Shown here one piece after another: positions 48,565 through 58,700 of a stretch of 64,000 nucleotides of DNA (positions are counted from its first letter, which is position 1; every line of letters starts with the position of its first letter). Origin of the DNA: Armatimonadota bacterium (lineage in GTDB: Bacteria; Armatimonadota; HRBIN16). The notes beneath the pieces were generated by a model, which saw only the letters and a program-made list of their open reading frames with translations, was not told the DNA's origin and ran no database searches. The position numbers were made by a program, and so were the translations under genes. The stretch spans positions 2,144,001 through 2,208,000 of the forward strand of contig OY781964.1 in NCBI GenBank assembly GCA_963677485.1, read 5' to 3'.

Positions 48565-50265
48565 TCACTCGGGATGAGTGACCGCCTCCAGCGATTTGCG
48601 GCGGAGCGCAAACAATCCCTCGCCCACCGTGGTCTGCTCCATTTTACGCAGTGCTGATATCGCCACTACGCGGTTGTCCATGAGCTCTACAGTCAGCTTG
48701 TCTGCCCATCGTAGCATGTAGAGGTCCATTATGCGACTTACCATCCAGACGATGCACAACGCAGTTATAAACACAACTGCCGATTGCGTCATCGGCGTCC
48801 AAATAGCGGACAATAGAATCATAAACATGATGTACGCAAAAAACCAGTTCCCTTTTTGCTTGCGGATTACCTTCTCTTGGATCAAGTGCTGGCAAATGAA
48901 GTATAGCAGCTCGTCATCGTTGAGCGTGCCGATCACCTTGTATGGTACCGCCATTTGACAGGTGGCAGTGTCACTCAGCGGCTCTTGACTACTGTGGGGC
49001 ACTGACACCAATAGCATACTCGGGCATTCGATTTTATGCGGAGCTAACAATGAAGTGGCCTTGGTTTGAAGGCGGCGCAACCTTTCGTCTTCCTCCGCCG
49101 TTTTTGGCCTCAAGTTGATCGAGTGTAGTTTAGCGTCACATTTCGCATTAAATTGGTAGGGTATTACTGCAATTAACCCTATACATACCAACAGCCACGT
49201 ATTATTGCTGGGCACCATGGAAGACGCAATCACGAAAAACACCAGAGAGGCTGCATATATCGTATTCCTAATGTTAGCTAGTTTGTAGTATCGGGTACTG
49301 CTGTGCGTGGCACGTAGTAACACACTTTTGGTTATGGCCCATCCCGCATAGGGTATAACAAGATTGACCGTTATCGCAACGACACGAATCCACTTCACAT
49401 CATCCGGCGAATACCACATAGAAAGCACCCGCTCCAACCCTGTGGCACACAGCGCGGTCAACGGCAGAATCAAGGCGTAAGTCCTCAACATCCACAAATA
49501 TACTGAGTGCATTATCTGCTGTCGCCGACCTTCATCCGGTGATGTGTCTGAACGGTGAATGACTGGCGATAGATATAACAGGCACAGCAGAGTCATGCCG
49601 AAGCACCCTAACGGCCAAAGATCACGAGGCTGTAGATTTGCTGACACCGTGATCGTGCTTAGTTCCGGGTGTCGGGCAAGGTCGTAATAGCTGCTGGTGA
49701 AGGTTTGTTGATCGGGCTTCACACTGGGTTTTATCCGCACCCAGCGCGGAACTTCCAGAATACCGGGCTCACCAATGCCGCAAATTGCGAGGAAGACGGT
49801 GTCGGTATATTTCATTAACCCAAACCGAGATTTGTCTCTCACCGTCATCGCGACAGAATAGCCAGCCTCCTTAACATAGAATTGTTTCTCGAAAGACAAG
49901 GATTTAAATGGGCTAGTACCACCGGGAACGTCAACCGACTCAGGCCCGATTCGCCATATCTTGACTGTGGCGGGTGTGACACGGATATATCTGAAATACC
50001 GTTCGTTGGTGACTATTGGAGACGGCACGGCATTGGCTAACACACCCTGGCGTTTGATCGTGCGCAGGATGCTGCCATCCATATATGGGGTATCTGGCCA
50101 GTCGATATCCCGGGCATCCACGATTGGATGCTTGGGTAAATTGGTTGGCAGACCAGCCGGGAAAGGCGGTGGGGGATGAGCCATGCCTGCGCAATGTGCC
50201 CCCGTGCCAAAACTCGCTAATGCCAAGACAGCAAACAACAAATGAACGATCGGCTTTTTGTACAT
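48565..50265 (-). CDS. Membrane protein with a degenerate peptidase M48-like C-terminus
   Basis: Signal peptide, soluble region, several TM helices, LNDDELLYFICQH and WADKLTVEL...ISALRKM; AT-richer. Confidence 0.5.
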   Translation of the reverse strand: MYKKPIVHLLFAVLALASFGTGAHCAGMAHPPPPFPAGLPTNLPKHPIVDARDIDWPDTPYMDGSILRTIKRQGVLANAVPSPIVTNERYFRYIRVTPATVKIWRIGPESVDVPGGTSPFKSLSFEKQFYVKEAGYSVAMTVRDKSRFGLMKYTDTVFLAICGIGEPGILEVPRWVRIKPSVKPDQQTFTSSYYDLARHPELSTITVSANLQPRDLWPLGCFGMTLLCLLYLSPVIHRSDTSPDEGRRQQIMHSVYLWMLRTYALILPLTALCATGLERVLSMWYSPDDVKWIRVVAITVNLVIPYAGWAITKSVLLRATHSSTRYYKLANIRNTIYAASLVFFVIASSMVPSNNTWLLVCIGLIAVIPYQFNAKCDAKLHSINLRPKTAEEDERLRRLQTKATSLLAPHKIECPSMLLVSVPHSSQEPLSDTATCQMAVPYKVIGTLNDDELLYFICQHLIQEKVIRKQKGNWFFAYIMFMILLSAIWTPMTQSAVVFITALCIVWMVSRIMDLYMLRWADKLTVELMDNRVVAISALRKMEQTTVGEGLFALRRKSLEAVTHPE

Positions 50266-50344
50266 GTCATATTACCTTTCCTGAGCAACCATCAGGTTTA
50301 CCATCATCGATTCTTAATACACCAGCTATGTATCGGTTTCCTGC

Positions 50345-50925
50345 ATGGCCACGAAATCCATGTACGGGACAGCGATGAGCAGCTGTGTGGATCGTAGTCG
50401 GTTTGCCCACGCTGCCGCGGGTTTAGTCACCCCACGGGACTACGTTCCGGGAGCTGACGCTCCGGGAATTACGTCCAGTGCGGGTTCCTGCACCGCACGG
50501 CTGATCAAAAACGGCCGGCGCCGTGGAGACGCGGCCTTCCCAACGCCCGCCGGAACGCGGGCCGGTACTGATCAGCGACGGGTGACAGTGCCCGTACCGG
50601 GACGAAGTCACGGACGGGCCACCGAACCCGTCGCCAAGGGCCTACTGTGTCGATCGCAGGTGATCAGCCACGTTGCCGCGGGTTTAGTCACCCAGTCGTT
50701 TACCCACAAATCATACCTTTCCCCCGCGCCCTGAAGGACGCGGCTTATTATCCGAAAAGCCGGCTAAAGCCGTCTGAGGCACTGCCTGCTGTAGGTGTTA
50801 ACGACACCGCAGGCTGCTTCAGCAGCCTTGTTGATCAATAGCCGAGACATTTATGTCGCGGAATCGGTGACCATACGGCTCCGTATACATCCGTGGGTAG
50901 CAGGCTGGGTTCAGTCACCCCACGA
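50345..50925. repeat. Intergenic repeat mosaic including composite repeat copy 2
   Basis: CCACG(C/T)TGCCGCGGGTTTAGTCACCC at 50407 and 50668; 50538-50693 matches 20036-20190; further hairpins at 50722-50861. Confidence 0.8.
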
Positions 50926-51031
50926 CTGATGAGTGGCTGCACGCAAGCGTCACGAACAACTCCGTTCTGACGGGCCTCCATGATATATAATGTAGCTATG
51001 ATTTTAACCTTCAGTAGCGATGAGGTAAAAC

Positions 51032-53389
51032 ATGCCCACCACGAACTATAAAGAGGGAAAACGTATGGATCAGGCTTTCACTAACTCAATCGGAATGCGG
51101 ATGCTGCCCATATCACCAGGTTCGTTCGTGATGGGTGGCCAAACGTCCATCGCTGAGGGCTGGTATGAAAAGCCGGCGCACAGTGTGAAGATCACAAGCT
51201 CCTTTTGCATCTCGGAAACTGAGGTCACACTGGCTCAGTTCCGCAAGTTCCGACCCGACTTCGTGGCGGTTCCGGGCAGTGAGCTGTACGTATCGGGCGT
51301 AAGCTGGCACGATGCGGTGGCATTCTGTGAGTGGTTAAGCCGCGCTGAGGGCAAACCCTACCGTCTGCCCACCGAGGCCGAATGGGAATACTCCTGTCGA
51401 GTCGGCTCCACCAGCCTGTTCTGGAACGGCGATACCCGCCCGGAGCTGGGTCAGCCAAACCCCTGGGGGCTGAAGAACCTGCATGGCGGGGTCCGTGAGT
51501 GGTGCCTGGACTGGTATTCGGATTATCCCGCCGACGGTGGGGATCAAACAGACCCCATCGGGCCTGCCGACGGCATGGCCCGAGTGGTCCGCGGAGGCGG
51601 CCTGGATAACGATGATGCGCAGTATGCGCATTCGGCCAGCCGGGCGGGTATCGCACCGGATTTCGGATGGTTGCCAGGATCGGCCGTTAACACAATGGCC
51701 GGACAACACCGCATCGGCTTTCGGCTGGTCCAGGGCGCGCTGCCTAAAACGCGGCCAATGCCTGCTACTGCACCCTTCCCGCTGGCGTGCATCAAGCAAA
51801 CGGCCACTGGCATCACCAAGGGGCCTGACCCTTCAAAGCCCTGGTACCATAGAAGGTACCTGCTGCCCACACCGCCCGAAAATGTGGAATACTCGGACTA
51901 CGCCCCCTCTGGTATTCAAGCAGGCGTGATGCGGCACAACCACAGCCCGGCACTGGAGGTCTGCCCCAACGGCGACCTGCTTCTGGTAATCTACACATCA
52001 GCGGGTCAGGAGTATGAGCCGGAAGTGGGGATGATTGCCTCCCGTCTGCGCTACGGTTCAGAGGAGTGGGATATGCCGGAGAGGGCGTTCGACTTCCCCG
52101 GGGTGAATGACCATGCGCCCTGCCTCTGGCGTGATAAACGCGACCTGCATCTCTTTTGGGGCTGCCCAAACCTTCCTGGCGGCTATCCGTTCAATTGGAT
52201 GAGCTCAAAGGACAGCGGAGCGACCTGGAGTGATGTGAGATTCCCCAAATTCAACGCACCCGTTGGGCCCCACGCACGGCAGCCGATTGCCACCGCCTTT
52301 AGGGGCGCTGATGGCGCCATGTATCTCTCCAGCGACGGGGCGGGTCAGACGTCGGTGCTGTGGAGCAGTCGGGACAACGGTAAAAGCTGGCATGATGCTG
52401 GCGCACCGAATGTGTTAAACGCGGCCGCCCGGCCCAAGCTGACCGATGGACTGAACCTGACGGATGGACGTAGTGCGGGTAGGCACACCGCTTATGTGAT
52501 GCTTAAGGACGGCAGCATCCTTGCGATGGGCGGCAAGAACACCGACATCGATGGGCACATGCCAAAAGCCATCTCAAAGGACGGCGGGAAGACATGGACG
52601 GTCAGTAAAACACCGTTCCACACCGTGGGCGGCAACCAACGCCCCTGCATTGTCAGGCTGCAAAGCGGTCGGCTGTTCTTCTCCACCGACATGCACTCCA
52701 ACACATCACCCCATACGCCCGACATCAAGATGACTGGTGCTGTGGTGGCCCTTTCGGATGATGAAGGTCAGACTTGGACGATCAAACTGCTGCCGGGCAC
52801 ACTTGCGCACGAAAGCGGCCAGCTAGGAACCCAAACCACTCTGGGATACAGCGTGGCACGGCAGGCGGCCAACGGCATCATCCACCTCATCACCACAATG
52901 AACAGCCCCTGTCTGCACTTCGAGCTCAATGAGGCCTGGATCCTTTCGGATTCCGCCGGCGTATCGCAGCACCAACAGCCGAAGGTGACGGGTGTCCGCA
53001 AGTATAAGGAGAGTTCGCGGGGCAATCTCAGAGCGGAGTGGTCAGCCGGCACCGCGGAGGATGGCCGTTACCTGCTCGATGGCCGTCAGGTGGTGTATTA
53101 CCCCAATGGCCGCATCCAATGGGAGGCGGTGTATAAGGCCGGAGTGAAAGCCGGCGATGAACACTACAACGCCCCAGATGGGAAACGCATCTGGGCTTGG
53201 CGTCACCATGACGATGGCACGAATACCTGGAGCCAGTGGTGGCCCAACGGGCAGATGAGGTGCGAATCGACCTGGCGTGACATGCACTGCGAAGGCCTGG
53301 CCCGAAGCTGGGATGTGAAAGGCAGGCTTGTAAACACATCCACCTACACCGCTGGTCGAGTGACAACCAGCAAGAAATCTGGCCAATGA
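51032..53389 (+). CDS. FGE-sulfatase (SUMF1) domain + BNR/sialidase-like propeller + MORN-variant repeats
   Basis: [32 protein letters not shown]; Asp boxes [32 protein letters not shown]; YYPNG/WWPNGQ repeats. Start may be ATG 51065. Confidence 0.8.
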   Translation: MPTTNYKEGKRMDQAFTNSIGMRMLPISPGSFVMGGQTSIAEGWYEKPAHSVKITSSFCISETEVTLAQFRKFRPDFVAVPGSELYVSGVSWHDAVAFCEWLSRAEGKPYRLPTEAEWEYSCRVGSTSLFWNGDTRPELGQPNPWGLKNLHGGVREWCLDWYSDYPADGGDQTDPIGPADGMARVVRGGGLDNDDAQYAHSASRAGIAPDFGWLPGSAVNTMAGQHRIGFRLVQGALPKTRPMPATAPFPLACIKQTATGITKGPDPSKPWYHRRYLLPTPPENVEYSDYAPSGIQAGVMRHNHSPALEVCPNGDLLLVIYTSAGQEYEPEVGMIASRLRYGSEEWDMPERAFDFPGVNDHAPCLWRDKRDLHLFWGCPNLPGGYPFNWMSSKDSGATWSDVRFPKFNAPVGPHARQPIATAFRGADGAMYLSSDGAGQTSVLWSSRDNGKSWHDAGAPNVLNAAARPKLTDGLNLTDGRSAGRHTAYVMLKDGSILAMGGKNTDIDGHMPKAISKDGGKTWTVSKTPFHTVGGNQRPCIVRLQSGRLFFSTDMHSNTSPHTPDIKMTGAVVALSDDEGQTWTIKLLPGTLAHESGQLGTQTTLGYSVARQAANGIIHLITTMNSPCLHFELNEAWILSDSAGVSQHQQPKVTGVRKYKESSRGNLRAEWSAGTAEDGRYLLDGRQVVYYPNGRIQWEAVYKAGVKAGDEHYNAPDGKRIWAWRHHDDGTNTWSQWWPNGQMRCESTWRDMHCEGLARSWDVKGRLVNTSTYTAGRVTTSKKSGQ

Positions 53390-53420
53390 TGGGTACGGCC
53401 ATCCGCCCGGCTCACAGTAG

Positions 53421-55343
53421 GTGGCCGTCACTCTCATGAAATGGATGGGGATCATCATGCTCATCGCCATGTGCTGCGCAGCGTATGCCCAGACCGGCCC
53501 GCAGAGTGGCCGGTATTTCGTGATCACTGTCGTGGATGACGAGACCGGCAGAGGCGTGCCTTTGGTAGAGCTCTCCACCACCAACAACATCAAATTGTAT
53601 ACCGACAGCAACGGCATCATCGCCTTCTACGAGCCGGGTTTGATGGGGCTGGATGTCCACTTCATGGTGAAGAGCCATGGCTATGAGTATCCCAAAGACG
53701 GCTTCGGCTACGCTGGTATTACTCTCAAGGTAGTCGAGGGTGGCAAGGCGGAGCTGCGTATCAAGCGCATCAACCTTGCGGAGCGGCTCTACCGTGTCAC
53801 CGGCCAGGGCATCTACTCGGACAGCGTGCTGGCAGGGATCAAGCTGCCCACGAGTCAGCCGGTGATCAATGGGCTGGTGATGGGCCAGGATTCCGTGCTA
53901 ACCACTATATATAAAGGTAAGCTCTGGTGGTTCTGGGGCGACACCGGTCGCCCGGCCTACCCGCTGGGGAACTTCCATACCACCGGGGCCAGCTCGCTGC
54001 TGCCTGGTTCTGGCGGGTTGGACCCTTCGGCCGGTGTTGATTTGGACTACATCCTGAACGAGGAGGGGTTCACTAAGGAGATGGCCCGCTTCTCTAAGGT
54101 TGGCCCAACCTGGCTTGGTGGACTGGTGACCTTAAAGGACGCCTCGGGCACGGTGCGGATGTACGCCATGTATTCGAACGTCGACCAGTCGATGAACACA
54201 CTGAACGCCGGTATCGCCGAGTTCCAAGATGAGCTGCAGCAGTTCAAACCCGTGCGCCGTATTGACCACAAGGGCCCCATCATGCCGGGTGGGCACCCGT
54301 TTAAAGTCAGCGATGGAGGCCAGCCCTTCATCTTCTTCTCACCGGGCAGCCGTGTGGTTGCTGACAAGGAACACCTGCTGAACCCCGGCAGCTATGAGGC
54401 GTTCACGTGCACCAAACCGGGCAGCCGCGAGAAGAGCATCAGCATCGAGCGCGTCCGCAACGGCCGTCCCGTGTTTGGATGGAAGCGCGATACGCCGTTC
54501 CTGTGGCCGGCCGATGAAGCGCGGCTGATCAAAGAGGGCGTGTTGAGGCCATCCGAGGCGTTGTTTCACATCCAGGACATTGCCACCGGCAAACCTGTGG
54601 GATACCACGGCGCGAGCATCAACTGGAACGCCTACCGTGGCCGCTGGGTCATGATTATGTCGGAGCTGTTCGGCAGCTCCACGTTGGGTGAGGTTTGGTA
54701 TCTGGAGGCCGACACGCCGCTTGGTCCCTGGGTGTATGCCCGCAAGATCGTCACCCACGACACCTACAGCTTCTATAACCCGCGCCACCATCCCATGTTC
54801 GACCAGCAGAACGGCAAGCTGATCTACTTCGAGGGCACCTACACCACCACCTTCTCTGGTAACACCAACCCCACACCGCGTTACGAGTATAACCAGATGA
54901 TGTACAGGCTGGATTTATCGAACCCCAAACTGGTCTTACCAGTGCCGGTGTATGTGCTGTCAAATCCGGACTTGCCAGATCAGTTCGCCACACTCTCAGG
55001 CGTGCCAGACGATGTGCAGAAGCTGCCGATCGCTTTCTTCGCGCCAGATCAGCCAGGCGAGGGCACGGTGCCCATCTACCAGCAGGATGGCGCATTGGTG
55101 ACGGGCAGCAAGGCCACCAAGCAAGCCGCCCCACTCTTCTACGCGCTTCCGGCGGACACCGCCAAACCGCCTGCTGCGGCCGTGGCTCTCTACGAATATG
55201 TCTGCGCGAACGACGGCAAACGCGTCTACAGCACCAACCGACGATGGGCGAAGAAAGGCTTCCAACGCTCAGAGCAGCCGCTCTGCTACGTCTGGAAGAA
55301 CCCGATGGGTGTGGAGCTGCCGCTTCATCGCTACGGCAGATAG
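53421..55343 (+). CDS. Secreted hypothetical protein (possible beta-propeller)
   Basis: Signal peptide (likely start ATG 53436); VVDDETGRGVPLV N-terminal domain; WFWGDT, PLGPW, FYNP. Confidence 0.55.
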   Translation: MAVTLMKWMGIIMLIAMCCAAYAQTGPQSGRYFVITVVDDETGRGVPLVELSTTNNIKLYTDSNGIIAFYEPGLMGLDVHFMVKSHGYEYPKDGFGYAGITLKVVEGGKAELRIKRINLAERLYRVTGQGIYSDSVLAGIKLPTSQPVINGLVMGQDSVLTTIYKGKLWWFWGDTGRPAYPLGNFHTTGASSLLPGSGGLDPSAGVDLDYILNEEGFTKEMARFSKVGPTWLGGLVTLKDASGTVRMYAMYSNVDQSMNTLNAGIAEFQDELQQFKPVRRIDHKGPIMPGGHPFKVSDGGQPFIFFSPGSRVVADKEHLLNPGSYEAFTCTKPGSREKSISIERVRNGRPVFGWKRDTPFLWPADEARLIKEGVLRPSEALFHIQDIATGKPVGYHGASINWNAYRGRWVMIMSELFGSSTLGEVWYLEADTPLGPWVYARKIVTHDTYSFYNPRHHPMFDQQNGKLIYFEGTYTTTFSGNTNPTPRYEYNQMMYRLDLSNPKLVLPVPVYVLSNPDLPDQFATLSGVPDDVQKLPIAFFAPDQPGEGTVPIYQQDGALVTGSKATKQAAPLFYALPADTAKPPAAAVALYEYVCANDGKRVYSTNRRWAKKGFQRSEQPLCYVWKNPMGVELPLHRYGR

Positions 55344-55773
55344 CGGAGTCTACAGGCTGATGTAGTCTGTTATGTCACATTTGGTTGTGCAATGCTTATA
55401 TCGCGGTTGCGATCACAATGAAGCCCCTGAATGTCTGTGTGTTATTTGGTTACACGAAGATAATTGCACTACGGTGCCTCTCGTATTGTCTAAATGCGAG
55501 TTGATGCAATGATGCCGAAATGTTGTCGAATAATCCCGTGCAGTCACGTATAATATGTATGTGGCTATGACTTGAGTCACTAGATATCTGCTCATACATA
55601 TTTGTTATAAATCTTCATAACAACGTTGCTAAGATCAGTTTGTGTCACGCAAATATGCCACATCAAACCAACAGTATGGTGGTATATCATCACAAATATG
55701 ACATAGCTTGGTTCGATCTTTTCAAACCGATTGCCCGCGGTAGTCGTCAGCATCAGCAAGAGGGAGACTCAAG

Positions 55774-58700
55774 ATGGCCATAGATGGAGATTCGACCAAT
55801 CTAATCGATCAACCTGAACATCAAGGGGGATTGACCAGTTCCGCTCTACCTCAGGATCTCACTGTACGCAAACAGTCAGAATTGGCACTGGAGGTCCGTC
55901 TTCGCCTTCTTCAACTCGCACCCACAAGCTCGTTTTCTGATCTCTTAATAGCCATGTTAGACGAAGGTGAGGTTCTGACAGGCAGCCAGATCGGCTTCTT
56001 TCACTTCGTAGCGGCTGACCAGGTCACTCTCTCGCAGCAGGTCTGGTCAACAAATACCACCCGGAATATGTGCAAAGCCGAGCCATTAGCGCACCATTAC
56101 CCTATTGATCAAGCGGGAGTATGGGTGGACTGTATCCGTGAACGCAAGCCGGTCATACATAACGATTATGCCTCCCTTTTGCATCGCAAGGGTTTTCCTG
56201 AGGGACACGCATCGGTCATACGCGAACTGGCGGTACCCATCATACGAAATAATAGCATAGTCGCCATAATCGGTGTCGGTAATAAACAGGTTGACTACAC
56301 GGAATTTGATGTATCAATTGTATCCTCTCTTGCTGACCTGGCTTGGGACATCGTGGATAATAAACGCGCTGTCGAGGCCTTACGTGACAGTGAAGAGACA
56401 TACAGAACCCTTGTCAACGGTGTTCCTGATCTTCTGATGCGTTTTGACCGCCAGTATCGGCCCCTTTTTGTATCTAAAAACATCAGTAGTTTCGCTGACC
56501 TGCAGCCTGCGCAGATGATAGGTAAGACACATCGCGAGCTGGGTTACCAGGAAAAAGACTGCCAGTTCTGGGAAAAATCAATACGTAAGGTTTTTGATAG
56601 TGGATTGCCGCTAGAGACTGAATACACCATCGAAACCGAACAAGGTACATTGGTAAGAAACTGGCGCATATGGCCTGAATTCGATGCCCAGGGTGCTGTT
56701 AAATCGGTGTTCACGATGACCCGTGATATTACCGCACAGCGTCAAGCAGAGCGTAACCATCAGACGCTGTTCCGTGAGATGATCAATGGATTCGCTGTGC
56801 ATGAAATCATCTGTGACGAACAAGGAAACCCAGTCGATTACCGCTTCCTTGATGTTAACCCCGCCTTCGAGAGGATGACCGGACTACGATCAGAAGATAT
56901 CATCGGGCGGTCTGCTTTGGAGTTGTTACCAGGAACAGAGCGGTACTGGATTGAAACTTACGGTAAAGTGGCACTTACTGGTGAACCTGTTTCGTTTGAG
57001 AACTACTCCTCTGAACTGGGTAAATACTTCGAGGTGACGGCATTCCAACCGGCACTTAACCAGTTCGCTTGTATCTTCGCTGACATTACGGAACGAAAAC
57101 AAGCCGCAGACGCCTTGCGGAAGAGCGAAGAGCAGAGCAAGGGTGTCATAGAGACTCTTCCTCTGGCTATCTATATCACTTCTGCGAAGGACCAGTCATC
57201 GGTTTATATCAACCCTACGATGGTTCAGTTTTTTGGTTATACCAAAGATGAAGTACCATCAATCAAGCACTGGCTGCTGCTTGCTTACCCCGATCCTGTG
57301 TACCGCCAACAGATAACTGATGAGTGGTCAAGGCGGGTGAAGCGATATACGGAAACACAGACACCATTCCAGCCGCTTGATGCAGAAGTGACATGCAAAG
57401 ACGGATCCAAGAAGATCGTTTTGTGGGCCTACATCGCTCTTGGCGACGTGAACTATTACTGTGGTCTGAACCAAACCAAGACGAAACGTGCCGAGGCGAA
57501 TTTGCGTCGCAGCGAGCAAAGGTATGCCCGAGCTATTGCGGCTACTTCGGAGGCTATTTGGGAACGGGACCTTATTACCAACAAGACGTTCTATAGTCCT
57601 CGATGGTATGAGATGCTGGGGTATGAAGATGGTGAGTTTGAAATGACATTTGAGGCATGGAAGATGATATGCCATCCAGATGACTTCCCGAACGCCATCG
57701 ACAAGATACAAAAAACTCTGGATAGCGCTGATGATATCAGGTACGAGGCCGAATTCCGTATGAAGACTAAAACGGGCGAATGGCGATGGATATTAGGCAA
57801 AGGTAACGTAGTCGAGCGGGACGCCAGCGGAAAGCCTTTGACCCTCAGTGGCACTAATACAGACATCACTGATCGAAAGCGTACCGAGATTTACCGGCAT
57901 ATGGATACCGACATTTTACATCATCTCAACGAACCTTGTGATATTTCAGAATCGCTGAAACGCGTTGTGGCATGTATCAAAACAAACATCGGGTTTTCGG
58001 CGGTAGGAATCCGCCTGCTGGATGGCGATGAATTCCCTTACCATGCACAAGATGGCTTTCCAAGGCCATTCTTGACGGTCGAAAATACTATTGTGGAGCG
58101 TGGAGCAGATAGCGGCATTTGCCGCGATGACAAAGGTCTGCCCAGACTCGATTGTATCTGCGGATGGGTGATATCTGGAAAGGTTGACATCACGCTGCCG
58201 TTTTGCACACGGGGCGGTAGTTTTTGGACCAACGACCTGGCAAATCTGCTTGATATCCTTTCGAACAATATCCCGTGGCACCAACCGCACTACACATGCA
58301 TCTCACAAGGCTATTCCTCTATGGCAATTGTGCCAATCCGAAACAGTGAACGGATTATTGGCACAATTCAACTCAACGACATGAGTAAAGGCCGCCTTTC
58401 ACTTGATGCAGTTGAGGCACTCGAAGGCATTGCCACGCACATCGGAGCAGCGTTAATGCGTAGGTTAGGCGAAGGCTTGCTTAAACAAGCGTACGTACGT
58501 GAGTCCGTGATCAATGATATTCTACGGTTGGCACTACTGGATGAATCGCTGGATAGTTTGATGAATAAGGCCTTGAACCTGCTGCTCAGTGTACCCATTC
58601 CTGGTCTAGAACCTAAGGGAGCAGTGTTCCTAGTTGACACAACCGGTAATGAGTTAGTGTTGATGGCACAACAAGGATTGGATGAAATGGTGCGGGGTGC

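Noticed and set aside
55345-55773. ncRNA or CRP/FNR sites in the AT-rich spacer before the kinase
   Set aside because: Several TCAC/GTCAC half-sites are present, but no properly spaced palindrome or convincing structure.
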